From positions 1 through 55,070 of the forward strand of contig DAOTUX010000275.1 in NCBI GenBank assembly GCA_034436475.1: a stretch of 55,070 nucleotides of DNA, in the 5' to 3' direction. The notes below the pieces were generated by a model, which did not search any database, was not told the DNA's origin, and was given only the letters and a program-made list of their open reading frames with translations. Within the stretch, counting starts at the first letter, position 1. The number at the start of each line of letters is the position of its first letter. Positions 44,083-53,079 of this stretch are shown here, piece after piece. Position numbers and translations under genes: made by a program. The stretch comes from Chloroflexota bacterium. Lineage in GTDB: Bacteria > Chloroflexota > Limnocylindria > Limnocylindrales > CSP1-4.

Positions 44083-45071
44083 TGCCTGTCCTGGAGGTCA
44101 TCGACCTCAGCGTGCGGTACCGCACCAGCGTGGGCTGGGTCCAGGCCGTCGACGGGGTCAGCTTCGCGGTGGAGCCGGGCGAGATGCTGGGCATCGCCGG
44201 AGAGTCGGGGTGCGGCAAGACGACCACCGCCCTGGCGCTGCCACGCCTGCTCCCGGACACGGCGGAAGTCACCGGGGGCGGCGTGCTGCTCGACGGTCGC
44301 GACCTGCTCGCGCTGACCGAGGCGCAGATGGGGCGGGTGCGCTGGCGCGAGGTGGCATTCGTGTTCCAGGGCGCCATGAACGCGCTCGACCCCGTGTACA
44401 CCGTGGGGGACCAGATCGTGGAGCCGATCCGACTGCACGAGCCCCGGACCTCCGAGCGCGCCGCCCGGGCACGAGCGGGCGAGCTCCTCACGCAGGTGGG
44501 CATACCCGCGGCACGCGCGGGTCAGTATCCCCATGAGTTCAGTGGCGGGATGCGCCAGCGGGTGATGATCGCGATGGCCCTCGCGTGCGAGCCACGGGTG
44601 CTGGTGGCCGACGAGCCCGTGACGGCCCTCGACGTGATGGTCCAGGCCCAGGTCATGGCGTTGCTGCGCCGGCTCCGGGACGAGCTGGGCATCGCGGTGA
44701 TCCTGGTGAGCCACGACCTGTCAGTCATCGCCGAGGCGTGCGACCGGATCCTCGTGATGTATGCAGGCCGGATGGCCGAGCGCGGGTCCGTCCGGGCGAC
44801 CTATCGGGCGGCCGGGCATCCCTACACCCGGGCGCTCCTGCGCGCCTTCCCCGATGTCACAGGGCGTCGGGAGCTCGTGGACGGGATCCCGGGTCGGCCC
44901 CCCGACCTCGCCCGTCTCGGGCCGGGCTGCCCCTTCGCGGCGCGCTGCCCGCTGCGCGTCGATGTGTGTGACACGCAGCGCCCACCCGTGGTGGGCCTGG
45001 GCGACGACCACGTCGCGGCGTGCCATCGTGCCGGGTCGGCACCCGTCGACACGGGGATGGTGCACCAGTGA
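44082..45071 (+). CDS. Peptide ABC transporter ATP-binding protein (DppD-like)
   Basis: Walker A GESGCGKTTT, signature FSGGMRQRVMIAMAL, Walker B LVADEPVTALD, and the C-terminal oligopeptide-transporter Cys motif GCPFAARCP. Confidence 0.9.
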   Translation: MPVLEVIDLSVRYRTSVGWVQAVDGVSFAVEPGEMLGIAGESGCGKTTTALALPRLLPDTAEVTGGGVLLDGRDLLALTEAQMGRVRWREVAFVFQGAMNALDPVYTVGDQIVEPIRLHEPRTSERAARARAGELLTQVGIPAARAGQYPHEFSGGMRQRVMIAMALACEPRVLVADEPVTALDVMVQAQVMALLRRLRDELGIAVILVSHDLSVIAEACDRILVMYAGRMAERGSVRATYRAAGHPYTRALLRAFPDVTGRRELVDGIPGRPPDLARLGPGCPFAARCPLRVDVCDTQRPPVVGLGDDHVAACHRAGSAPVDTGMVHQ

Positions 45072-46099
45072 GCCCGCCCGTGCTCGGCATGCCCGTGCTC
45101 GTGCTGCGGGACCTGCGCGTGGAGTACCCGCCATCCCGTCGCGACCGCGACCGGCTGGGTCGGGGGACTCCCGTCCGCGCCGTGGATGACGTCAGCCTGG
45201 ACATCCAGCCGGGCGAGGCCGTCGCGCTCGTGGGCGAGTCGGGGAGCGGCAAGACGTCCATCGCCCAGGCGATCATGCGGCTCGTGCCCATCGCCGGCGG
45301 CAGCGTCCTGCACCAGGGCCAGGACGTGGCGCGCGCCCAGGGCCGTGCGCTGCGTGCGTTCCGGCGACGGGTGCAGCTTGTGTTCCAGGACCCCTACGAG
45401 TCGCTCGACCCTCGACACACGGTGGAGCGGGTGGTCACCGAGCCGCTGCTCATCCATGGCGTCGGCGGGGACACCGCGGGCCGTCGTGCCATCGTGCTCG
45501 GGGCGCTCGCATCGGTGGGTCTCGAGCCGGCCGCGGAGCTCGCCCGCCGGTATCCCCATCAGCTCTCGGGCGGCCAGCGCCAGCGGGTGTCCCTCGCGGC
45601 CGCGATGGTCCTCGAGCCGGAGCTGGTGATCGCGGACGAGCCGGTGTCCATGCTCGACGTGTCCCTGCGTGCCGGGATCCTGCGAACGATGCTCGGGCTG
45701 CGCAGGGACCGAGGCGTCGCCTATCTCCTCATCACCCACGACCTCTCCCTCGCGTGGGTGTTCGCCGACCGGGTCGCGGTGCTGTACCTGGGGCGGGTCG
45801 TGGAGCTGGGTCCCGCGGACGCGGTCATCGGTGCCCCAAGGCACCCCTACACGCGCGCCCTGGTGTCGGTCATCCCGGTCCCCGATCCGGACGCGCACCG
45901 GACGCAGACGCTCCTCGAGGGTGAGACACCATCCCCCGCGCACCGCCCGCCCGGCTGCCGGTTCCACCCGCGCTGCCCGCTGCGGCAGCGTCTGGGCCGA
46001 CCACCCGTGTGCGAGACCACCGAACCCACCTTGGCTCGGGCCCCTGCGGCCGACGAGGGGCATGTCGTCGCCTGTCATTTCGCCATGGAGGATCCGTGA
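45068..46099 (+). CDS. Peptide ABC transporter ATP-binding protein (DppF-like)
   Basis: GTGA overlap with the upstream stop. GESGSGKTSI, LSGGQRQRVSLAAAM, VIADEPVSMLD, GCRFHPRCP. Confidence 0.9.
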   Translation: MSPPVLGMPVLVLRDLRVEYPPSRRDRDRLGRGTPVRAVDDVSLDIQPGEAVALVGESGSGKTSIAQAIMRLVPIAGGSVLHQGQDVARAQGRALRAFRRRVQLVFQDPYESLDPRHTVERVVTEPLLIHGVGGDTAGRRAIVLGALASVGLEPAAELARRYPHQLSGGQRQRVSLAAAMVLEPELVIADEPVSMLDVSLRAGILRTMLGLRRDRGVAYLLITHDLSLAWVFADRVAVLYLGRVVELGPADAVIGAPRHPYTRALVSVIPVPDPDAHRTQTLLEGETPSPAHRPPGCRFHPRCPLRQRLGRPPVCETTEPTLARAPAADEGHVVACHFAMEDP

Positions 46100-47271
46100 T
46101 GGCAATGAACGATCGGGAGATGGAGGGGCTGCTCTCCGCCCTGGTGCGGATCGACTCGGTGACACCCTGGCTCATCGCGGGCGGGGCGGGCGAGGGCGCC
46201 ATCGCCGCCTGGATGCGCGACTGGCTAGCCGACGTCCCGGTGGAGGTCGCGCTGGAGGAGGTCGAGCCCGGCCGCCCGAACCTCGTGGCGACGCTTCGTG
46301 GGACGGGCGGCGGTCGCTCGCTGTGTCTCAACGCCCACTCGGACACGGTGGGCTACGCCAACTGGGCCGACCGGGCCCTGTCGCCCCGGCGGGAGGGCGA
46401 TCGGCTCATCGGCGTGGGCGTGGCAGACGACAAGAGCTCATGCGCCATCGCGCTGGCCGTGCTGCGAGACCTGGCGGTGGCGGCGGCGGGCGGTCGACGC
46501 TTGGCGGGCGACCTCACGGTCGCCTGCACCGCGGACGAGGAGGGCGCCTCCATCGGCACCATGGACCTGGTGCGGCGACACGCCTGGGATGGGGCGATCG
46601 TGCTGGAGCCGGATCGTTCCGGGCGCATCATCACCGAGCATCAGGGCTTCGGCTGGATCGACATCGTGGTCCGAGGGCGAGCCGCACATGGGTCGACACC
46701 CGAGGAGGGCATCGACGCGATCGTGCGCATGGCGGAGGTGGTGCGCGGTCTCGCGGGGCTGGACGCTCGGTTCGCGGCGTCACCCGACCCGCGCAACGGC
46801 CGGACAGTGCTCCACACCGGCACCATCGCGGGGGGCACCGACTATGCGACCTATCCCGCTACGTGCACGCTCGGCATCGAGATCGGGACGCAGCCCGGCG
46901 AGACGCTGCGAGACCGGTTCGCCGACCTCGATGCCATCTTCGCCGACGTCCGGGCGCGCTACCCGGACCTTGACGTATCCGCCACCGCTGCCCTAGAGCG
47001 CGACCCGTTCCGCGCGCAACGCCACGAGGGGCTGTTGGCCGCCGCGACCACCGCGACACGCGCCGTCCTCGGGCACGACCCCGAGCTGGTCGGCCTCAAT
47101 GCCTGGACCGACGCGGCGCTGATGCAGGCGGCCGGGATCCCGACCATCGAGATGGGGGCGGAGGGCGGCGGCTACCACGCGCCGGACGAGTGGGTCAGCA
47201 TCAGCGACTGCCTGCGCTTGGTCGACATCCTCACACGCACCGTCACCGAGTTCTGTGGGCGCCAGCCGTGA
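46099..47271 (+). CDS. M20 family metallopeptidase (ArgE/DapE/ACY1-like), copy 1
   Basis: LVRIDSVTPW..., RPNLVATLRGTGGGRSLCLNAHSDTVG, GVGVADDKSS, CTADEEGASIGT, HAPDEWVSI. Confidence 0.85.
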   Translation: MAMNDREMEGLLSALVRIDSVTPWLIAGGAGEGAIAAWMRDWLADVPVEVALEEVEPGRPNLVATLRGTGGGRSLCLNAHSDTVGYANWADRALSPRREGDRLIGVGVADDKSSCAIALAVLRDLAVAAAGGRRLAGDLTVACTADEEGASIGTMDLVRRHAWDGAIVLEPDRSGRIITEHQGFGWIDIVVRGRAAHGSTPEEGIDAIVRMAEVVRGLAGLDARFAASPDPRNGRTVLHTGTIAGGTDYATYPATCTLGIEIGTQPGETLRDRFADLDAIFADVRARYPDLDVSATAALERDPFRAQRHEGLLAAATTATRAVLGHDPELVGLNAWTDAALMQAAGIPTIEMGAEGGGYHAPDEWVSISDCLRLVDILTRTVTEFCGRQP

Positions 47272-48428
47272 GCATCGACCGCGGGTCCCTCGAGGCCCTC
47301 GCGATGACGCTCGTGCGCATCGATTCCCGCAACCCCTGGCTCATCGAGGGCGCCCCCGGCGAGGGCGCGGTGGCCGCGGCCATCGCGGAGCGGCTGCGAC
47401 CCCTCGGCGTCGAGGTCACGGTCGACGATGTGGCGCCCGGCCGACCGAACGTGGTGGCGCGTCTCCGGGGCACCGGTGGCGGGCCGTCGCTGTGCCTCAA
47501 CGCTCACATCGACACCGTGGGGGACGCGTCGTGGCCCGAGCGGTCGCGTCTCCCGGTGGTGCTGGGCGACCGGCTCGTGGGCCTCGGCGCGGCCGACGAC
47601 AAGGGTCACGCCGCGGCGGTGCTGCTGGTGATCGAGGCGCTCGCGGCCTCCGGGACACGGCTGCGGGGCGACCTGGTGGTGGCCTTCACGATGGATGAGG
47701 AGGCGACCTCGGCGGGGACCATGGACCTCGTGGGGCGCCATCGCACGGACGCGGCCATCGTGGTCGAGCCGTTCGGCATCGGGCGTGCCGTGGTCACCCA
47801 CCAGGGGTTCGGCTGGCTCGACGTGGTGTTCCAGGGGCGGGCGGCCCACGGGTCCGCCCCCGACCTGGGCATCGATGCCATCAGCCATGCCGCGGAGGTG
47901 GTCCGACGCCTGGACCAGCTCGGCGCCTCATGGGCGGAGGCCCCGCACCCGCTCAATGGCGCGACCGTGTACCACGCCTCCACCATCACCGGAGGCAGCG
48001 ACTACGCGACCTACCCTGCGAGCGTGACGCTGGGCATCGAGATCGGCACCCAGCCGGGCGAGACCATCGCCGACCGGGTGCGGGACATCGAGGCCATCCT
48101 GGCCTCGATGCGCGAGGGGCGGCCGGAGTTGCGTGCCCAGGTGGTAGTCCGTCTCGACCGCGACCCGTTTGCCGCGCGCGGCCACGAGGCCCTGCTGGGC
48201 ATGGTCCGGGACGCGACGCGGACCGTCACTGGCACGGACCTCACGCTCGCGGGCGAGAACGCGTGGATGGATTGCGCGATCATGCAGGGTGCGGGCATCC
48301 CCACCCTGTCGATCGGCGCCTCGGGGGGCAACCTGCACGCGCCCGACGAGTGGGTGTCCATTCCCGAGCTGGCCCAGGTCGCCGACATCCTGGAACTGAC
48401 GGCACGCGGCTTCTGCGGGCCGACCTGA
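47268..48428 (+). CDS. M20 family metallopeptidase (ArgE/DapE/ACY1-like), copy 2
   Basis: GTGA overlap with copy 1. LVRIDSRNPW..., RPNVVARLRGTGGGPSLCLNAHIDTVG, GLGAADDKGH, FTMDEEATSAGT, HAPDEWVSI. Collinear with copy 1. Confidence 0.85.
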   Translation: MSIDRGSLEALAMTLVRIDSRNPWLIEGAPGEGAVAAAIAERLRPLGVEVTVDDVAPGRPNVVARLRGTGGGPSLCLNAHIDTVGDASWPERSRLPVVLGDRLVGLGAADDKGHAAAVLLVIEALAASGTRLRGDLVVAFTMDEEATSAGTMDLVGRHRTDAAIVVEPFGIGRAVVTHQGFGWLDVVFQGRAAHGSAPDLGIDAISHAAEVVRRLDQLGASWAEAPHPLNGATVYHASTITGGSDYATYPASVTLGIEIGTQPGETIADRVRDIEAILASMREGRPELRAQVVVRLDRDPFAARGHEALLGMVRDATRTVTGTDLTLAGENAWMDCAIMQGAGIPTLSIGASGGNLHAPDEWVSIPELAQVADILELTARGFCGPT

Positions 48429-48516
48429 GTCGGCGTGCGGCCTCTGCCGGCCGGCTCACGGCGGTCACCCGGGCGCGGCCGGGGCTCCGCGGGCCCGCGG
48501 GCAGAGCGCCATGGAC

Positions 48517-49563
48517 CTAGGACGCCTGCCAGGTCTCCCCTGCGAACAGCAGGGTCCGCAGGTCGCCCTCGCCCTTCGCAGCGACCGCGTCGTCGATCTG
48601 GGCCTGCAGGAGCTGGTCGTGCGTGGGTCGCTCGACCCGCCGGAAGACCCCCAGCGGCACCGGGTAGCGGGGCGCCCACATGCGCGACAGGATGTAGGCG
48701 TAGGTGGGGTCCTCGGCGGTCTCGTCGTGGACCAGCAGGTCGCTCTCCGTCACGCCGTCCCTGCCCAACTGGACCACCTCGGGCGTGAACCCACGCATGC
48801 GGATGCCCTTGTCCCGGTCCTTGCCGAAGATCATCGGCTCGCCATGCCTGAGCATGAGCACGCTGTCGTCCCGCGTCTCCTTGTCGCGGAAGAGGGCCCA
48901 CGCGCCGTCGTTGAAGATGTTGCAGTTCTGGAGGACCTCCACGAAGGCGGACCCCCGATGGTGGCCGGCCGCGGTGAGGGTGTCCTGGAGGTGCGCCGCG
49001 GACGTGTCCACGGAGCGGGCCACGAAGGTCGCCTCCGCGCTGATGGCCAGGCTCAGCGGCACGATGGGCGCGTCGATGGTCCCCGCGGGCGACGACTTGG
49101 TCCGCTTGCCCAGCTCGGACGTGGGGGACGCCTGGCCCTTGGTCAGGCCATAGATCCGGTTGTTGAACAGCACCAGCTTGATATCCACGTTCCGGCGCAT
49201 GGAGTGGATGACGTGGTTGCCGCCGATGGACAGCGCGTCGCCGTCACCTGTGATGACCCACACCATCAGCTCTGGGCGCGATGCCTTGAGACCGGTGGCC
49301 AGCGTGGGGGCTCGGCCATGGATGGTGTGGAACCCGTACGTGTTCATGTAGTAGGGCATGCGCCCGGAGCAGCCGATGCCGCTGATGAACACGATGTTCT
49401 CGCGGGGATACCCGAAGTCGGGCATCACCTTCTGGGTGTTGGCGAGGATCGAGTAGTCGCCGCAGCCAGGGCACCAGCGGACCTCCTGGTCCGACTCGAA
49501 GTCCTTGCGCGTGAGCACGGGGAGGGCGCTCGCGCCATCCGCGGGGAGAGCAGGGCTGGTCAC
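48517..49563 (-). CDS. korB: 2-oxoglutarate/2-oxoacid:ferredoxin oxidoreductase beta subunit
   Basis: RWCPGCGDYSIL, SGIGCSGRMPYYMNTYGFHTIHGRAPTLATG, VITGDGDALSIGGNH (TPP-binding). Confidence 0.9.
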   Translation of the reverse strand: MTSPALPADGASALPVLTRKDFESDQEVRWCPGCGDYSILANTQKVMPDFGYPRENIVFISGIGCSGRMPYYMNTYGFHTIHGRAPTLATGLKASRPELMVWVITGDGDALSIGGNHVIHSMRRNVDIKLVLFNNRIYGLTKGQASPTSELGKRTKSSPAGTIDAPIVPLSLAISAEATFVARSVDTSAAHLQDTLTAAGHHRGSAFVEVLQNCNIFNDGAWALFRDKETRDDSVLMLRHGEPMIFGKDRDKGIRMRGFTPEVVQLGRDGVTESDLLVHDETAEDPTYAYILSRMWAPRYPVPLGVFRRVERPTHDQLLQAQIDDAVAAKGEGDLRTLLFAGETWQAS

Positions 49564-51437
49564 GCGCGGCCTCCTTGGTCGTCGAGCATCAGGCGTGCCG
49601 CGTCCTCGATCTCGCTGATGCGGTACGGCTTGCCGCGCACTCGGTTGAGACCCACGGCATCGATCAGGTATCGGCCACGGATGAGCAGCCGCAGCTGTCC
49701 CAGGTTCACCTCGGGGATGAGCACGCGCCGATAGCTCGCCAGCACGTCCCCGGTGTTGCTGGGGAAGGGGTTGAGGTGACGCAGGTGGGCGTGCGCGACC
49801 GCGTGACCCTGTCCCTGGAGCCGCTCGACCGCGGAGCGGATGGCGCCATATGTGGAGCCCCAGCCCAGGATGAGCAGGTCGCCACGGGCAGGGCCGAACA
49901 CCTGGAGGTCAGGGATGTCATCGGCGACCGCGGCCACCTTGCGCGCCCGGAGCTGGGTCATCCGATGGTGGTTCTCCGGGTCGTAGCTGACGTTGCCCGT
50001 GATATCCGCCTTCTCGATGCCGCCGATGCGGTGTTCCAGGCCGGGCGTGCCCGGGACCGCCCATGGGCGAGCGAGCGTCACCGGGTCGCGGTCATAGGGG
50101 TGGAAGCTCTCGCGCGCGGTCCAGTTGTCGACCGCGATGCGGGGCAGGTCGGCGGGCTCCGGGACGCGCCAGGGCTCCGAGCCGGTCGCCAGGAACGCAT
50201 CGGACAGATACACCACGGGGGTCATGTGCCGCAGGGCGATGCGCCATGCCTCGATGGCGTAGTCGAAGCACTCTGCGGGCGTCGCGGGTGCCACGATGGG
50301 CACGGGTGCCTCGCCATTCCGGCCGAACATCACCTGGAGCAGGTCGGACTGCTCGTTCTTGGTGGGCATGCCGGTGCTGGGCCCGGCCCGCTGGACGTCG
50401 ACCACGACCAAGGGCAGCTCCACCATGACCGCGAGCCCGAGGGCCTCCGACTTGAGCGCGATGCCAGGGCCCGAGCTCGCCGTGAGCCCGAGCGCGCCGC
50501 CATAGGCCGCCCCGATGGCCGAGCCGATGGCGGCGATCTCGTCCTCCGCCTGGAACGTCCGGACACCGAAGTCCTTGTACGTGGACAGCTGGTGCAGGAT
50601 GTCGCTGGCGGGCGTGATGGGGTACGAGCCGTAGAACAGGGGGCGGTCGGCGAGACGTGACGCGGCCACGAAGCCGAGCGCCGTGGCCTCGTTCCCCGTG
50701 ATGTTCCGGTAGGTGCCTGGTGGCAGGTGCGCCGGCCGCACCCGGTACTGCTGGTGATGGAAGATCTCGGTGGTCTCACCGAACGCGTAGCCCGCCTTGA
50801 GCGCCCGCTTGTTGGCCTCCGCGAACACGGGCTTGGCCGCGAACTTCGTGTCGACCCACGCGAGCGTGGGCTCCATCGACCGCTCGTACAGCCAGAACAT
50901 GATGCCCAGCGCGAAGAAGTTCTTGGTCAGGTCCTTCTGCTTGCTGGTCATGGCGAGACCCTCGAGCGATCGCTCGTTGAGGGTGCTGATGGGGATCTCG
51001 AACACGTTCCAGGTCTTGAGCGAGCCGTCCGACAATGGGTCGGACGCGTAGCCGGCCTTGGCCAGGTTGGCGGCGCTGAAGGCGTCCCTGTTGACGATGA
51101 GGGCGCCACCCGGCGGCAGCTCGCCCAGGTTCGCCTTGAGCGCGGCTGGATTCATGGCGACCAGCACGTCGGGTGCGTCACCGGGGGTGTGGATGTCATT
51201 CGAGGAGAAGCTGATCTGGAACCCGGAGACACCCGGCAGCGAACCCGCTGGCGCCCGGATCTCGGCGGGGTAGTCCGGCAGAGTGGCGATGTCGTTGCCG
51301 AACACGGCGGCGGTGCGCGTGAACTGGGTGCCGGTCAGCTGCATGCCGTCGCCGGAGTCGCCCGCGAAGCGGATAGTCACCCGATCCAGGTCGCGCACGG
51401 CGTCCGGTGGTCGGCTGGTCTGTATGTCGGTGGTCAC
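49560..51437 (-). CDS. korA: 2-oxoglutarate/2-oxoacid:ferredoxin oxidoreductase alpha subunit
   Basis: GTG 51437 (VTTDIQTS...). RFAGDSGDGMQLTG, SYPITPASDILH. The stop overlaps the korB start (GTGA at 49560-49563). Confidence 0.88.
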   Translation of the reverse strand: MTTDIQTSRPPDAVRDLDRVTIRFAGDSGDGMQLTGTQFTRTAAVFGNDIATLPDYPAEIRAPAGSLPGVSGFQISFSSNDIHTPGDAPDVLVAMNPAALKANLGELPPGGALIVNRDAFSAANLAKAGYASDPLSDGSLKTWNVFEIPISTLNERSLEGLAMTSKQKDLTKNFFALGIMFWLYERSMEPTLAWVDTKFAAKPVFAEANKRALKAGYAFGETTEIFHHQQYRVRPAHLPPGTYRNITGNEATALGFVAASRLADRPLFYGSYPITPASDILHQLSTYKDFGVRTFQAEDEIAAIGSAIGAAYGGALGLTASSGPGIALKSEALGLAVMVELPLVVVDVQRAGPSTGMPTKNEQSDLLQVMFGRNGEAPVPIVAPATPAECFDYAIEAWRIALRHMTPVVYLSDAFLATGSEPWRVPEPADLPRIAVDNWTARESFHPYDRDPVTLARPWAVPGTPGLEHRIGGIEKADITGNVSYDPENHHRMTQLRARKVAAVADDIPDLQVFGPARGDLLILGWGSTYGAIRSAVERLQGQGHAVAHAHLRHLNPFPSNTGDVLASYRRVLIPEVNLGQLRLLIRGRYLIDAVGLNRVRGKPYRISEIEDAARLMLDDQGGRA

Positions 51438-51579
51438 GGACCCGTGGGGCCTCCTGGGTGCTGCGGCTGCCGGGGGACGGTGTGGGTCGGCACGCACGGG
51501 ATTCTACGCCGGATGACGCAACCAATCGGCAACCGAACCCGGGTCCGCAATGGATGGCCCGATCCCTGCTCCCGCATGG

Positions 51580-53079
51580 TCACCCGACGGGGCCGTCGGC
51601 GGGCTGCCGCGGGCGCGCCCTCCCTTCCGCGAGCAGGCGTCGACGGAGTCGCTCCAGCGACCGGCGCACCTCCGCGTACGCGGGCAGGCCGGCGAGGTCC
51701 CGCAGCTCCCAGGGGTCGAGGGCGAGGTCGTACAGCTCCCGGCGCCCGGTCCGCCAGCGGATGTAGTGCCAACGCCCGAGCGGGTTCCCGGGGTACGTGG
51801 TGACAGCACTCCACGCCGGCATGCCGGTGATGGGATTGCCATGGAGCATCACCGTCAGCAGCGCGGTCCGGTCCGGTGGCCGCTCGCCCAGGATCACCGG
51901 CAGCAGGGAGATGCCGTCGGCGGCCGGGGCACCCGAGGGGTAGGGCCCCATCACGCAGCCCGCGATGGCGCAGAGCGTGGGCGCGAGGTCGATGTTGGAG
52001 GTCGGGAAGGACGTGGTCCGGGCGACCGTCCCCATGACCCGTGGCCAGGCCATGGACAGGACCACCGGCACCGCCCACGGCACGTGCTTGCCATAGAGCC
52101 CGAACTCGCCGAACAGGAAGCCGTTGTCGGATGCGAGCACCAGCAGCGTGTCGTCCAGCCGACCCCGTGCCGCCTGCTCGTGGACCACCTGACCCACCAG
52201 CTGGTCGACGCCCAGCATGTCCTCGCACACGCCTGCCAGCGGCACACCCGCGGGAGGGACCCTGTCCGCGTGGCGGGCGGCCCACCGGCGCATCCAGTCG
52301 GGCTTGTCGGTCGCTGCCGCCAGACCGTAGTTGGGCGGCCTCCAGCGCCCGATGCCCGCGCACCTGGGCGACCCACGGAACTCGGGCATGGGCTTGTTCG
52401 GGAGGTGGCCGGCGTACGTCGACAGGATCGCGAACAGCGGTCGGTCCCGGGGAGCCTCCCGCAACTCCCGGACGGCGAGGCGCTGCACCAGGCGCATCGA
52501 GTGGAGACGGGGCCGCCCGTATCGGGGACGACCCTTCGGCCAGAGGTAGTACCCGTAGCTGCCGCCGCTCATGGGCAGGAACGTGTCCCAGGCGACCTCA
52601 TGCCGCAGGCGCCGCTCGCCGCGCAGGCTCATGTACCGGTTGAGGTACTTGCCGATCCATGCGGTCCGATACCCGGCGTCGTGCAGCTCCGAGGCGATGG
52701 TCACGCGGGGGTCGAAGGGCGCCGCATCGTTCTCCACGACACCGTTGTTGTGGGTGTGGAGCCCCGTCAGGAGATTGGCGCGCGCCGGGCAGCACAGCGG
52801 TGCCTCGTCGACCGCGTGCTCGAAGGTGAGACCGCGGTCGATGACCCAGCGGCGGATGTGGGGCGTCCGCTGCCGGGTCCAGAGCCTGCCGTCGAGCGGC
52901 GCGACGTCGTCGACGTAGACGACGATGATGTCCGGTCTGGGGACCGGCGGTGGCTCGGCGACCTCCGACGGGGCCGGGGGCGGGGCCATGCCGGTCGCGC
53001 CCACCTCCATGGGTGACGCGACCGAGAGCGCCGCGACGAGCCCGCCCAGGAGCAACGCCGCGGCGCGCACCCGCGTCAC
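51580..53079 (-). CDS. Secreted sulfatase (arylsulfatase family)
   Basis: Signal AALLLGGLVAALSVASP. DIIVVYVDD and the sulfatase signature PLCCPARANLLTG (C-x-P-x-R). The GTG start overlaps the upstream SBP stop (GTGA). Confidence 0.85.
   Translation of the reverse strand: MTRVRAAALLLGGLVAALSVASPMEVGATGMAPPPAPSEVAEPPPVPRPDIIVVYVDDVAPLDGRLWTRQRTPHIRRWVIDRGLTFEHAVDEAPLCCPARANLLTGLHTHNNGVVENDAAPFDPRVTIASELHDAGYRTAWIGKYLNRYMSLRGERRLRHEVAWDTFLPMSGGSYGYYLWPKGRPRYGRPRLHSMRLVQRLAVRELREAPRDRPLFAILSTYAGHLPNKPMPEFRGSPRCAGIGRWRPPNYGLAAATDKPDWMRRWAARHADRVPPAGVPLAGVCEDMLGVDQLVGQVVHEQAARGRLDDTLLVLASDNGFLFGEFGLYGKHVPWAVPVVLSMAWPRVMGTVARTTSFPTSNIDLAPTLCAIAGCVMGPYPSGAPAADGISLLPVILGERPPDRTALLTVMLHGNPITGMPAWSAVTTYPGNPLGRWHYIRWRTGRRELYDLALDPWELRDLAGLPAYAEVRRSLERLRRRLLAEGRARPRQPADGPVG

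Noticed and set aside
48487-48500. Self-complementary CCGCGGGCCCGCGG between the convergent M20 and korB genes, considered as a bidirectional terminator
   Set aside because: As a hairpin it gives only a 5-bp stem and a 4-nt loop. It is more likely a chance GC palindrome.
51501-51506. TAGAAT-like -10 hexamer (minus strand) 64 nt upstream of korA
   Set aside because: No -35 element at a workable spacing: the candidates are 9, 13 or 20 nt away. A single hexamer is too weak to report.
51550-53016. 488-aa plus-strand ORF. The same applies to 48511..49734, 49575..50660 and 50727..51803.
   Set aside because: These are antisense to the sulfatase and korAB genes and translate to low-complexity Arg/Gly/Pro/His sequence.
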